The notes: generated by a model from the sequence alone, not told the origin. DNA of 64,000 nt from Candidatus Wirthbacteria bacterium (GCA_903889905.1 CAISZI010000047.1:80096-144095); one strand, 5' to 3'; shown: positions 46,301 to 54,140, counted from the stretch's first letter. Numbers and translations are program-made.

Positions 46301-48588
46301 TTTCCGGTGACGGAGCACCCAGTGCCAGTCACAGCCACATTGCTGATCTGGCTGGGCACATCATCATTCAAGACAACATTGTTGGCAGTTACGGTACTGG
46401 TATTGTTAACCGTAATGTTCCAACTGACATTGTCTTTAAAAGTAACCGTTTGGTTGGCGGGTGTTTTGGTAATGCTGAGTGTAGGCAGTACCGGAGTATT
46501 TTTGACCAGAAGAATCAAGGTCTGGGTCTGACCGTTGGCAATTGTCACGCTTGGAATACATCCCCCTGTAGTCCCACAAATACCGGTGATATCGCTGTAG
46601 TTGGCTGCGAGTCCACCCATGTTTTGATAAGTATAAGTACCCAGTGCCACGTTAGCGGCAGTGCCTTTACCATTGACAATGGAAACTGGGGATGAAAGCC
46701 CATTCACGTTCACACTCAAATTGCTAGCCGTGTAAAAGGTATCCCCCTGACTGATCATGTTGTCGTTGTTATCGTCCTGATAGACTTCCACTTTCACGTT
46801 GCCCACCTGGGGAGGTGCGGCATTCACGGTAATATTGGCAGTATCGCTAACTGGTGAAGTCTCGGTGGCTGTAGCAGTTGCGGTATTGGTTGCATTCCCT
46901 GCGGTGTTTGCGGTTCCACTCACAGTGATGGTTTTGGTCTGACCGGCGGTCAGTGTCCCGACCGGAATCGAAATATTGTTATTTGAACCACTATAGTCGC
47001 CGCTGTAGGAAACAGCATTGACAAAGTTGGGTACACTGTCGGTCAAGGTCACATTGGTCAAGGTTCCGGTGCCGGCATTTTTGACGGTGACTGTCCAGGG
47101 ATCAACCGTCTGTCCAACAGTTTTCGTCTGGTTCTTGGCATCGCCGACGCTGTCATTCTTGGTCACAACCAGATTGAACGTTGGTGCTGGGTTGACGCTA
47201 ATGTTAGCCGAATCGCTGACTGGCGAAGTCTCGGTGGCTGTAGCTGTTGCGGTATTGGTTGCATTCCCTGCGGTGTTTGCGGTTCCACTCACGGTGATGG
47301 TTTTGGTCTGACCGGCTGTCAGTGTCCCGACCGGAATCGAAATATTGTTATTTGAACCACTGTAATCGCCGCTGTAGGAAACAGCATTGACAAGGTTGGG
47401 TACGCTGTCGGTCAAGGTCACATTGGTCAAGGTTCCGGTGCCGGCATTTTTGACGGTGACTGTCCAAGGATCAACCGTCTGTCCAACGGTTTTCGTCTGG
47501 TTCTTGGCATCGCCGACGCTGTCGTTCTTGGTTATGGACAAAGAATAAGTCGGTGCAGCCACCACATTCACAATGCCCGTATCGGTATAATACTTCGTTC
47601 CGCCAACCGTTTCTGTGGTCGGGCCGCCCGGGATGTTGTCGATGTTGTAGCAAGTCACGCCGGCTTTATTATTCAGGGTTCCGGTAGCACCAGCGGCAAT
47701 GGTCATGTCAAAATTCTGGTTAACAGTAGCTCCCGGAGCGATATTGCCAATTGTACGAGTTGTGGAACCTTCGACAAACTTGCCGGTCTCGGGCCAGTCG
47801 ACCAATGTGCAGGTGTAAGCGCTGCCCTGTGCTCCGGTCGTATTGTTGGTAATGGAAACGGGGAAACGCACCACATCGCCGGCAGTAATCGTGCCGGTGC
47901 CGTCTTTGTCAGTCAGCAGTGTACCGTCGCCCTTGTTGATGGTCAGATTGGCGGCAAAAAACTGGTATTGTTCACCATCCGTATTGGCGTGTTGATTGGT
48001 GTAACCAGTATAAGAATAGGTCCATTTGGAATAATTACGCAAAATCGTGCCACTAGCCAGATTGGCATTAGGCTGAAAGGTCATACGGACACTCAACACC
48101 TGATTCTTGGCAAGATTTATTGAACCCGATGCTGGCCAGGTTGCCATTGTTCCGGAAAAAGCCCCAGTTCCCATATTTTCAGATCCTGCCGGGCAACGTT
48201 GTGCATACAATACATTATTGCTGTCATAAACATTTTCCAAACTGCCATAGTCGCAACGCAATACTTCCAAAGCCTGGATATTGCGTGCGCCAGTGTTCAA
48301 CGATGCAGTGCCTGCTAGCGCAGTTGCAAGTCCAGTATCAGTCAAATCAACCAAACCTGAGACGCTAGTTAATTCCATACTGGCCGAACTGGGCGAGATC
48401 GCATAATAAGTCGCGGTATTGGCAGCATTGTTGTCCCGTTCCCATTTGGTAGTTTGCACAGCTGCGCTAACCGGGGAAGCGCTGATGTTGATAAAGGGCA
48501 CAATTTGATTGAGAATAACTGCCAACGACAAAACCACGCCCAGTTTTTTGCGTGGATTATGTACGAATCGGCTGAATATGTTAGTCAT
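37318..48588 (-). CDS. giant (about 3756 aa) cell-surface adhesin-like protein with DUF11-type conserved repeat domains and C-terminal LAXTG-type sorting signal
   Basis: Signal peptide (start MTNIFSRF with GGAGG RBS). Dozens of DUF11/TIGR01451-like repeats (TKxVxxxTAxxGDTVTYTITVTNxG...). C-terminus ...VLAGTGTN-LSVVILIVLAVIAAYGLFLV-LKKRKSSVK is a LAXTG motif plus hydrophobic stretch plus basic tail. Confidence 0.85.
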   Translation of the reverse strand: MTNIFSRFVHNPRKKLGVVLSLAVILNQIVPFINISASPVSAAVQTTKWERDNNAANTATYYAISPSSASMELTSVSGLVDLTDTGLATALAGTASLNTGARNIQALEVLRCDYGSLENVYDSNNVLYAQRCPAGSENMGTGAFSGTMATWPASGSINLAKNQVLSVRMTFQPNANLASGTILRNYSKWTYSYTGYTNQHANTDGEQYQFFAANLTINKGDGTLLTDKDGTGTITAGDVVRFPVSITNNTTGAQGSAYTCTLVDWPETGKFVEGSTTRTIGNIAPGATVNQNFDMTIAAGATGTLNNKAGVTCYNIDNIPGGPTTETVGGTKYYTDTGIVNVVAAPTYSLSITKNDSVGDAKNQTKTVGQTVDPWTVTVKNAGTGTLTNVTLTDSVPNLVNAVSYSGDYSGSNNNISIPVGTLTAGQTKTITVSGTANTAGNATNTATATATETSPVSDSANISVNPAPTFNLVVTKNDSVGDAKNQTKTVGQTVDPWTVTVKNAGTGTLTNVTLTDSVPNFVNAVSYSGDYSGSNNNISIPVGTLTAGQTKTITVSGTANTAGNATNTATATATETSPVSDTANITVNAAPPQVGNVKVEVYQDDNNDNMISQGDTFYTASNLSVNVNGLSSPVSIVNGKGTAANVALGTYTYQNMGGLAANYSDITGICGTTGGCIPSVTIANGQTQTLILLVKNTPVLPTLSITKTPANQTVTFKDNVSWNITVNNTSTVTANNVVLNDDVPSQISNVAVTGTGCSVTGNSVICNFGSMNAGTSHTITVTGKASVAQDSTNVARTHADQVSEIQATANVHVLIPILAITKTTSTPEVFLNDAIQFTITLTNNGLGLAHNVVLTDTIPSQFTNTNYSGACSGTGNAISCNFGDVNPNSSRTVTVTGNASTAGATHNDSYTNTATAVADNNGTVTASASIIVDNPQLSIVKTVSNNGQCPGIATDVNNPFNIIQGSTVTYCYQVTNPGNVTLTNVLVNDDKLGNIGTIASLAAGASQPLSKSQTMNVSPQVIKNVVTATTTFTIPGTSNARNLSATDKAFVCVTVSPAPSITVVKTVAVGSVSSCPLDANGQLVKQVHVDSGTAVTYCYTVTNNGNVPLTNVSVIDDQLGNLDSAPTFNLTNGAFKSYTKVKLNVTADIYNIVTATGSYASITKTATDSANVYVNHYVPSLSFNKTAQFAGGKTGTPDALHPAYPGDTVLYTLTVSETTGKADYSNFDFSDDISNILKYANVTAISPTGTVAGTTISWGSGTITAGQTMTETFKVVVNPSNTWVGCGTSCTSSFVMTNNFHGVTVNVPLRDLVIVKTVVNPTVLSGDNAIWKITATEIGNMGMGGAQIKDTFPVGTTYAMLGQIVTPNISLSESLDAAHNTVTWTVAPSTYSGQSVSFFFATKVNASQPPVVQTNGLQNCAVVADDGYTSNQSCAKVGVGTRLTGNITKQVEGQSSDQIEMDTVHAKVLNYAVTVTNNSSSNVAGDKVIVTDNLPQDSNGQVFSYVDGSTVAKVGSTTVICATNVSGQSVTWTCGTPSFLPAGATLTINYQVSVPAAIANNLTVGYTNTATATISTSTVTKSVGSASAVVYVSHFVPNLSFNKTATLPNSTIIAGADHPLYPYYPVQYTLTVTETTGKADYPNFVFSDDIGGVLQFAHILSISDNGTVNGNTISWGTKTIPAGQTITESFVVVINTSDTWPVCSISTGVGAGLNCTSNYVMTNSFQGKTVNVPVRDIVITKTAVNPLVMPGDNAIWKISVTEIGSVGLGGLLISDLLPANTSYGGLGQIVTSGVSLAETVKHDTTVEWVVQPSNFSGHNVTFYFGTKVSASQPPGTGSHGLQNCASTVVIDGSDVHAIPGVSCAWVDVGTRLSGKINKLVEGTSSYQMDTDTVHAKVLNYSVTVTNNSTSNVAGDKVIVTDNLPQDSNGHVFSYVDGSTVAKVGSTTVICATNVSGQSVTWTCGTPSFLPAGSSLTINYPVNVPAAIAESLTTGYTNTATASINDKLIGSSSAVVYVSSPRVDVKVTKDDGVTTLLPGASTTYTLAITNDGSNGTTTALGVVLTDTLPAASLLDTATATSITLGTHSYPVVSNTNGQILWSAFDLPLGQTATAQVTIKLKSSVTAGTSIDNLADVINASPRDVNPANNHAVDSDIVVDSDMWINKFVSSSPSWSTNSGSALVSAGDTAYYQIKVGNSGTAPETGAVTDLMSINGNPDVSVFDSITVSGPNNYTHTYTQPIPNPIVLSSTGNVNFAPGSSITYTLTAKVKADMLQSGTTIVNNMAQVAYGSKVKQSSAVLNINANPNIVLHKYAWIETPDREMDPETNPANPGDWIKYTLTATNTGSAPMHGFIFSDNISQVMDDVNSPWTESENVKLGEGVIQGSGSELTLVKGNNPDIAPGQTISYIFYVKAGDIQTNHDNTMTNTYGDTITVKIVSPDVRVTKVVDSQTTSFGQQIKFTITATNYGNHTANNVAIVDFLPQDASGPLFTYAGVTSGITQQHPTGPCAWDKVNQSYSCTALDPAKTVELWWTKDNYGHAINLAPNQSQQIQIVFNALVNVNPTVATSYINRAQAKFIGGQSNIAEATVMVEPLPTTSLSILKSPSNQTVESLSETDWTIKVNNNGGRDETNVFVKDVLPPGFTAMMEQIGNSQVVKRAEITIKDGSGNVTSQLLMTPVSSYNSSYNSTTYVWPNNNDGFKLVKGGSIIISIGAKAPSVKTDTQFTNTAQVLIGAELQDTSTAIVNVNAVKAANVQITKDVKEGKIASGNAWTKTLLLDHTSNDTWVTYRVVVSNPGQLGETVNLSDVVDFTSPQRIYDQLKVYKHTNTGDVLTATYFASTYHDSTIALVQGLLVPAGSSDATNPANMCTGCTYLIEAQIRPSFYQNETSNENIARALQTRTLNVLAEDKAVVKVSLTPSLQVTKYVRNLTTNSGWVVDNVTAAPGDQLQYKIEVINNGYVAIPSVNVTDTLQGRDTYFTNIGVNNADSDADGKAFVGSWDNMTLTNLDVGQTESFTIQAVVKSPFPGNSMSLTNQVWANNVPSNIVKVNVVLSPKPAIKKYVSLDGKNFFDKVNAIPGATVEYKVLVWNEGNGDLSLTVNDVLDATQYASIGVLNQDADNNGTKYIGTDYQTQQITVKAGTSENNAEVFTLDAVLKADGFKEGDLVKNVASFTFQNQEYHGETTITIHVPLSNLVLSKSAFNTTQNKDAQSSTAQAGDIVTYTLKVSNSGDGTAVNYKFMDEISNVLTYADFKTASDGGTLVNNSVVWPTIGTINAGSSASRTFQVQVKNPLPTTGNFIMSNVFGNQTQVPVGSIELHKAVSFVDGGAVNRALRAGDQLVYTLTAINHSSNVAPGFVFTDDVSNLTRYAGNFSKVVTTDPAFTTTDVNQDGVIEKISWAAADLAANATVTRRFEVTVKDFSTWPANGDLTMTNTYGDTTTVKLINLSLTKVASPTQVNSTDSDTNRVITYTLTLKNSTAQNATNLFITDLLPAGFTYAGQAQINGQAAVPQQSTVNGRVYLVWQGVNLAANTTAIVTYTTLAPAAAGSYTNLASLTDIQGSPFDTAHATVTVVTPPTQPTPNPLLISKAANVTTVVHGNNVSYTVSVSNNGNAAITFTLQDILPPGFAYVAGSANVAGTAAEPQVNTTASSITWSGLNLAAGHNIIVTYQTKSANLAGYYTNIATATSGSWTASASATVMVTVPQVLSATTTAPFVSVLAGTGTNLSVVILIVLAVIAAYGLFLVLKKRKSSVK
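42350..44930 (-). repeat. about 1.29-kb coding repeat unit present twice inside the giant gene (cores about 42600-42960 and about 43890-44250 are nearly identical)
   Basis: Long identical DNA stretches seen directly, e.g. aatcgcggcagg...ccgcaagtccaggtgacgctctggccgctcacgttggtggcgcagatcacggtggtgctgccgactttggcaacggtgctgccatccacataact in both copies. Confidence 0.7.
46842..47579 (-). repeat. tandem direct repeat, 2 x about 369 bp (123 aa), about 97% identical, inside the giant gene
   Basis: Copy A about 46842-47210; copy B about 47211-47579. Encodes duplicated TFNLVVTKNDSVGDAKNQTKTVGQTVDPWTVTVKNAGTGTLTNVTLTDSVPN... modules. Confidence 0.8.
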
Positions 48589-48648
48589 GCAACCTCCCTG
48601 ATAAAGCAGATAAAATCTAGGTAAAAAAGTAGAAAACAACTTTCAGGT

Positions 48649-48672
48649 GCATCAATATGCACCAAGGTTATT
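48649..48672. promoter_or_regulatory. perfect palindrome GGTGCAT-N4-ATGCACC upstream of the giant gene (operator-like)
   Basis: GGTGCATCAATATGCACC lies about 60 nt upstream of the giant-gene start codon in an AT-rich spacer. Confidence 0.4.
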
Positions 48673-48691
48673 TGTTTTTATTTAAGACTAT

Positions 48692-48720
48692 ATTTTAACT
48701 TATTTATACTATTAAATCAA
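48692..48720 (-). promoter_or_regulatory. sigma70-like promoter for the giant gene
   Basis: Minus-strand TTGATT, 17-nt spacer, TAAAAT in the AT-rich 48640-48750 spacer. Confidence 0.35.
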
Positions 48721-48749
48721 ACAACTAATATAATTATTTAAACTATCTG

Positions 48750-51700
48750 TTATCCATTTGGCCTCTGTCCATCACCTGCTGAACGAATAACGGGAGCCGG
48801 TGGCGGCTGACCATCTCCAGGTGGGCGAATATCGGGAGGTGGCAGCTGACCATCGCCAGGTGGGCGAATCACCGGAGAACTACCGCCAACAGGCGTAGAC
48901 GGATGGTTAACAATGCTCTCAAACGGCGCAACTGACTGCAAAGTCTTGGGATCCTGGATATACCACGCCGCTTTGTCCGCTTTCCAGACTAACTGAAATT
49001 GCCACCGGGCACCGTCACGTACTGGAGAAAATTCGCGACCGGCACCCAGTGCAGTTGGCATGCCAAAACTAGGATTGTTAGCATCCTCGCGTAGCAAAAG
49101 CGTTGCTCCATCCTTGATATTACCCGTTCCAGAGTCAATGAATTCTGGCGGAACCGTGGTACGATCCGGGATACCCGAAAGTCGTCCGCCATTGACATCA
49201 AGCGACGCAACCGTCTGGCCGGCGTAGCCACCTTTGAGAATCGCTTCACCCAAATGGTGATTGTATCCCATGTCTACAGGTTTATGTGTGACAGGACTTT
49301 CCATCAGTTTAAAGAAGGCCACTTTCTCGTTTTCCACGAATTGGCCAGCATTCGCACATTTGTTGGCTGCAATTTCTAACACTGTTTCTACCTTACCATT
49401 CTGGCCAACTTTGGCTAGGACAGTAATGACATCGCCTTCCTTCCAGTTGGCATCTGACACAGAGAGACCACCTGCCTGGTCATAGGTAGCATTGTTGGCC
49501 ATCATCCCATGACGCGGAATCTCAAACCCGGGATAATGCTTTGAAAATTCACCAACAGTTAATGTTTCAAAGGAAAATTTAGTGTCCCCAGCATCGTCAA
49601 AGCGACCATTGCCATTCGTGTCCACTGCATAGAATTGTTTACCAGCGATCATCTCAAGCTTCTTAAAATTCCCATTGGCAATGGCTTCAATCATACCTGG
49701 CGCTTTGACACCCGCCGCCGCGCGGAACAACTCTGCCATATAAGCCCAGTCCTGACGGTCTCCAGCACTTGCCTGTGCAATGGTTTCAGGGGTACTGGCA
49801 TGATTCGCCGTAAATGTTCCCGGAGCTGTCTGCCCTTTGGGAAGGTTGCTCAAAACGGCTGTAGCTGCGGCTTTTTCCAGGATTGCTGGATGGTTTGCCG
49901 CTACGGCACTGATATCAACAGACTTTGTTGCAGCAGGTGCTGCCACGACAAGGGGTTCAACTCCCCTACCCACGTCAGCTTTCACAGATACACCCGTCAC
50001 CTCCACTAAATTGCTATTTAATATTATGGGGTCATTGGAAGAATTAAGACTTCGAGAAGGATCTCCAATATCATTGTGAGAAATCGTCAACGCACCGAAT
50101 TGCAATTCAATATTGCCATTGGGATAGATATGGATACAGGTAGGATCGAGGACAAACTTGTCACCCGGATAGACATTGCCTTCGACACGCTGGAACTGCG
50201 TGGTTAATGCGGCGGTCAAGGTATTGACATTCATGTCCTTGAATTCAGGAATATTTTTGACCAGGTCTTTGGCAATGTTGGAGGATTCAGACCAAAAGCT
50301 GTCACCCGGGTGCGCCGTAGATTCAAATGTCTGGAGACTAGACTTGTTCCCAGATGTAATTTGCACTCTTAATGAGTTATCAGCAATTGCCTGACTTAAC
50401 TGGGTATCATTTATCCCGGTACCGTTCGTATGTTTGACCATCACGGTGACTTTGGCAAAATCCACGATGACATGGCCGTCATTACCAACGGTGACGGCAT
50501 CATTAGCAATACTTAAACCAACCTTATCCCCAGCATTAACCGTAATTTTTTGATCAGTAGCCAATCTGACAAGCATGTTCGTCAATTCATCAAGCTGAGC
50601 TATTCGAAGATTCAATTTAGGAAGATCAGGGGTAGATTCATCAAGGAGCTTAGTAATGACATCTCTGATAGTCAGGGTCGCATCACCAGAAGCAGTTGTA
50701 TTGATCTCAATATAACTAAAAATTTTGTCAGGCGGCTGTTGCCCTGCCTGTTCGAAATGGTCAACCTTGATCGGAGAATTCAGCTTGCCGCCGCTGCTGC
50801 TGCGCGCGCGACTGGCCAAATCAGATATTGCTGTGTCGGTTATCGTCGCATGCTGAGCCACTGACTGCTCCACAACCACAGTTCCACTAGGATGGGTTGA
50901 GGTGCTGGCCTGCGCGGTTGCGATCAGGTGTTCGGCTCCGGCGACTACTTTGCCGGCGACAAAATTGGCGCCCATAGCGATTTCGGTCCTGATTCCCTGC
51001 ACCAGCGGTGTATTCATCACCAGGCTTCCGACGGTACGGCTGGCCGCAGTGGCGATACCGGTAATCCCGGCTTTAATCAGGACGTTTTGGAGTATGGACG
51101 AATTCATGCGCTTTTTGGCCTCACTGACATTGTCCTGTGCCGCTGGCATGGCCTCGGCAATTAAATCTCTGGCCGCCACGATAGCCTTGGCCTGATCAAC
51201 GGCTGAATCGCCTCGACGTAATTGATTGATCAATAAATTGCCAAAAAAGGATGCTTTGTCTTCAATGCCCATAATTTGGGCTTCGGCCACAAGTTGAGCC
51301 AATTTTAGCGGGGTTGTTCCGTCATTGTGATCCAAAGCACCGAAACGTTCATCCAAACGGCCGGCAAAAGCCATCTGTTCAATTTGCATGGCCTCTACGC
51401 CACCGGCATTCCCGGCAGTTCCGATCGACGCCACTGCGCGGGCTCCTGAGACCACTCCCCCCACTGCTCCCAGCGCAAAAGAACCGGACATGACAAGGTT
51501 TGATCCTCTCAGCCATTTTTCACTTTTAACGAATTCCATCACCTGTTTGACGCCATCGCTGCTGACAACTCTTTGGGCGATCGCCGCAACTTTGGCCACC
51601 AAGTCCTCTGGTTGAGAATCCTTTTTGTTGTCGGTGACTGCATGCCGCAACATTGTCAACATGACTGCTTCGGCACGCGCCCGGACCATTTTATCTACGT

Positions 51701-53162
51701 TCAGATTAGCGCCCTGCAACTTATCTGACATGCCGTTCATGATATCGGTCAATGCCGTGTTGTAAGCGATAATCAATCGCGGCAGCTGCTCGGCATTATC
51801 CAACCCAGCCCGTAAGTCATGGATGGCCGGCTGCAGTTTACGTTCGATGATTTTGTCGATCATCTTGGCGGCAGCGGCATTGGGGTCACGTTCAAAAGCG
51901 TCATGGGCCTCAGCAGCTTTGTTACGGTCAAGGTTGGTCGCCACGGCCAGCTGCGTGGACACGGTTTCAATACCGATCTTGCGACCGCTAAAGCTGACAC
52001 TTCGTGATGTCCCCATGACCGACGAGACACCGAAATTGAAATTCCGTAAATTCTGTTGAAAACGATCCTTGCTGAACATACCTCTCGGATCAAAGGCATT
52101 TTTGGTGCTGAAATCCGCGGGCACATAAGCCATGACATCTTTATTCGCAAAAAAGCCGGTCAAAGACCCGCCGTGCTGTAAATGCTGTTTCAAATCGGCA
52201 TGTGTTTCCACCATAGCCAGCAGCATCCCCACAAAGTCCAATCCGCCCATTTCCACGGTACGTTTATTGACCGTCATCTCGGCCATGTCAGCCTGACGCC
52301 CCATGATACGGCTGGCAAATTGCACCAGGCGGCTTTTGGGTTGATTACTCTCCACAAGCTCATCGTTGACCAAGGACTTCAGTTCGGCTTGCCATTTGCT
52401 GACCTGTTGCTGGGTGCGAACAGCGGCATCTGCGGCTATGGCCATTTCGACTTGATGTTTGGTGCCGGAATACGACACCATCCGGTCGTAGCGAAGCACA
52501 TCAAGCTTTCCCGCCAGGGTTGTCGCCTGAGGACGGTTTTGCTCGGCGAGTTGCTCTACCACTCTGGCAACATGTTTGCCCGTTTCGCCGATTTCGATTT
52601 CCTGTGCAGCATTTCTGGCACGTTCATCCAGGCGATCATAGGCTTCAAACCTGCGTCGTTCGGAACGAGGCCTCTTACTTTCGTGTGGAGCCTGATTTCC
52701 GTCCAGACCATCGGTATCAGCCGTGAGTGCTGTGTCGTTGATCATGATGTCCCGGCTGCGAATCTGGATACCTTGACGAGGATTTGGATCCAAATTGACA
52801 ACAAAAGTTGTCTCAACTTTAAAATTCCGTTCATGCCTGCTTTGCAAATAAGCAACCAACGCCAAAACTAGGGTTGTCTGGATCTCCTGTTCGGTTCCAG
52901 CTCTGTTCTGCCCGTGGACTTGATCCATGATTGCCTGCGTCAAGACCTCGGCAACGCGTTGCGGGCCGGCTTTTTCACGCAACCTATAGGGTACCTGCAT
53001 TTTTTGAGGTTCATATTCGAATATTTGCTTCCCAATAGATTCATCCCGCCTGCTTCCGCCCCCGACACCTGTGTACATTACCGGTAGGCTTCCCCTGCCG
53101 CGAATTTCGGGAAACACCATAGCCGAGGCGTCATATCTTGAAAGTGTCATATTTCCCACCAT
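48750..53162 (-). CDS. very large (1470 aa) orphan hypothetical protein without N-terminal signal peptide; Gly/Ala-rich amphipathic segments and C-terminal IRPPGDGQ(P)PP repeats
   Basis: Long uninterrupted ORF with no recognisable catalytic motif. Three tandem PPGDGQ repeats at the extreme C-terminus. Central G/A-rich hydrophobic stretches (GSFALGAVGGVVSGARAVASIGTAGNAGG; ITGIATAASRTVGSLV). Confidence 0.7.
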   Translation of the reverse strand: MVGNMTLSRYDASAMVFPEIRGRGSLPVMYTGVGGGSRRDESIGKQIFEYEPQKMQVPYRLREKAGPQRVAEVLTQAIMDQVHGQNRAGTEQEIQTTLVLALVAYLQSRHERNFKVETTFVVNLDPNPRQGIQIRSRDIMINDTALTADTDGLDGNQAPHESKRPRSERRRFEAYDRLDERARNAAQEIEIGETGKHVARVVEQLAEQNRPQATTLAGKLDVLRYDRMVSYSGTKHQVEMAIAADAAVRTQQQVSKWQAELKSLVNDELVESNQPKSRLVQFASRIMGRQADMAEMTVNKRTVEMGGLDFVGMLLAMVETHADLKQHLQHGGSLTGFFANKDVMAYVPADFSTKNAFDPRGMFSKDRFQQNLRNFNFGVSSVMGTSRSVSFSGRKIGIETVSTQLAVATNLDRNKAAEAHDAFERDPNAAAAKMIDKIIERKLQPAIHDLRAGLDNAEQLPRLIIAYNTALTDIMNGMSDKLQGANLNVDKMVRARAEAVMLTMLRHAVTDNKKDSQPEDLVAKVAAIAQRVVSSDGVKQVMEFVKSEKWLRGSNLVMSGSFALGAVGGVVSGARAVASIGTAGNAGGVEAMQIEQMAFAGRLDERFGALDHNDGTTPLKLAQLVAEAQIMGIEDKASFFGNLLINQLRRGDSAVDQAKAIVAARDLIAEAMPAAQDNVSEAKKRMNSSILQNVLIKAGITGIATAASRTVGSLVMNTPLVQGIRTEIAMGANFVAGKVVAGAEHLIATAQASTSTHPSGTVVVEQSVAQHATITDTAISDLASRARSSSGGKLNSPIKVDHFEQAGQQPPDKIFSYIEINTTASGDATLTIRDVITKLLDESTPDLPKLNLRIAQLDELTNMLVRLATDQKITVNAGDKVGLSIANDAVTVGNDGHVIVDFAKVTVMVKHTNGTGINDTQLSQAIADNSLRVQITSGNKSSLQTFESTAHPGDSFWSESSNIAKDLVKNIPEFKDMNVNTLTAALTTQFQRVEGNVYPGDKFVLDPTCIHIYPNGNIELQFGALTISHNDIGDPSRSLNSSNDPIILNSNLVEVTGVSVKADVGRGVEPLVVAAPAATKSVDISAVAANHPAILEKAAATAVLSNLPKGQTAPGTFTANHASTPETIAQASAGDRQDWAYMAELFRAAAGVKAPGMIEAIANGNFKKLEMIAGKQFYAVDTNGNGRFDDAGDTKFSFETLTVGEFSKHYPGFEIPRHGMMANNATYDQAGGLSVSDANWKEGDVITVLAKVGQNGKVETVLEIAANKCANAGQFVENEKVAFFKLMESPVTHKPVDMGYNHHLGEAILKGGYAGQTVASLDVNGGRLSGIPDRTTVPPEFIDSGTGNIKDGATLLLREDANNPSFGMPTALGAGREFSPVRDGARWQFQLVWKADKAAWYIQDPKTLQSVAPFESIVNHPSTPVGGSSPVIRPPGDGQLPPPDIRPPGDGQPPPAPVIRSAGDGQRPNG

Positions 53163-53416
53163 AAAAAAAACTAGCTTAAAGTTCTGTTTTTGTTACTTTT
53201 TTGCTAGTTCTGCTTTTTGGTGGAGACGTATTTTGGTGCTTAGCCAACTCCGATTTGGTTCGGTGGCCAAGGTGATATTATCACTTTTATTCTCAATACT
53301 GTCAATAGTCTAAGACCTTCGCGTTGCTTTTTCAAGGCCCAGTTGATCGTTGCTTTACTTATATCAAATTCATACACAGATTGCAACAGTTGCCAATTCC
53401 TCAACCACTACACCCT

Positions 53417-53459
53417 CTTTCTTCCCCTCTCCTAGTTTAGGAGAGGGCAGGGTGAGGTA
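53417..53459 (+). repeat. 43-bp direct repeat copy 1 (contains hairpin CCCCTCTCCTA-GTT-TAGGAGAGGG)
   Basis: ctttcttcccctctcctagtttaggagagggcagggtgaggta; nearly identical second copy at 54377-54419. Confidence 0.7.
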
Positions 53460-53529
53460 AGCCCCCTCCCCTTCCCATCAAAAAAAAAGTCCCCCCACGG
53501 GACTTTAACGCAAAATCCAGTAAAGCCTG

Positions 53530-53592
53530 AGGAAACAGACGGGAGAAAAGAAACGGAGTGACAGGCAGGCTCAGGGAAGCCTCTGTCACTCC
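53530..53592 (-). terminator. putative intrinsic terminator(s) downstream of the secreted-protein gene
   Basis: 10-bp stem GGAGTGACAG...CTGTCACTCC followed on the minus strand by GTTTCTTTTCTCCC. A second 9-bp hairpin CACCTTTCT...AGAAAGGTG overlaps the stop codon. Confidence 0.45.
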
Positions 53593-53604
53593 ATAAACAC
53601 CTTT

Positions 53605-54140
53605 CTACCGCCACATAGCGGGCAGAAAGGTGTGACGGTCTGCTGCAGCGGGCAGTGAAAACTGCACGCTGTCTACCAGCTGACCATCAAGCTGGTAGAG
53701 CGCCAGGGTCAAGGTCAAACCCTGGCGCCAACTCCCCACTGCGAGAGCGTAGTGATCCTGGGGGAAAATCACTACGGACTGGGTGTACACGGCCCCGGAT
53801 GGGGTCGGTACGAATTGCTCCCAGTCGCTCTGGTCTGCGCCCGTGAGGGCTACCAGACCAGTCTCTGTCATTCTACCCCAACACCGTGGAGTGGTGTTGG
53901 GGCAACCGAACAAGGAAGCGGTGATGGTGTAAACCACCCCGCTCCGTATTTCGGTAGCGTATTGCCCATCGGGGGCCAATACGCCGAATGAAACTCCGCC
54001 GGTCGGGACCAAGGGTCCCTGGCTGGCGGAATTATTTTGCACCGGTCCCTGCACCAGTGCAAAAGCTGGGGTCACCCCCACCAGCAGGGTTGCCGTCGCG
54101 ACTATGGCCGCGACGGCACGAAAAAACTTTCCAAACATTT
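53605..54140 (-). CDS. small secreted hypothetical protein (about 178 aa)
   Basis: Start MFGKFFRAVAAIVATATLLVGVTPAFA (signal peptide) with GGAGGTG RBS. The ORF track's longer N-terminal extension has no RBS. Confidence 0.6.

Noticed and set aside
42350-47579. Long direct repeats considered as a possible CRISPR array or IS element
   Set aside because: Repeats are in-frame coding modules of the giant adhesin gene with no spacer-repeat periodicity of 25-40 bp. No transposase or inverted terminal repeats.
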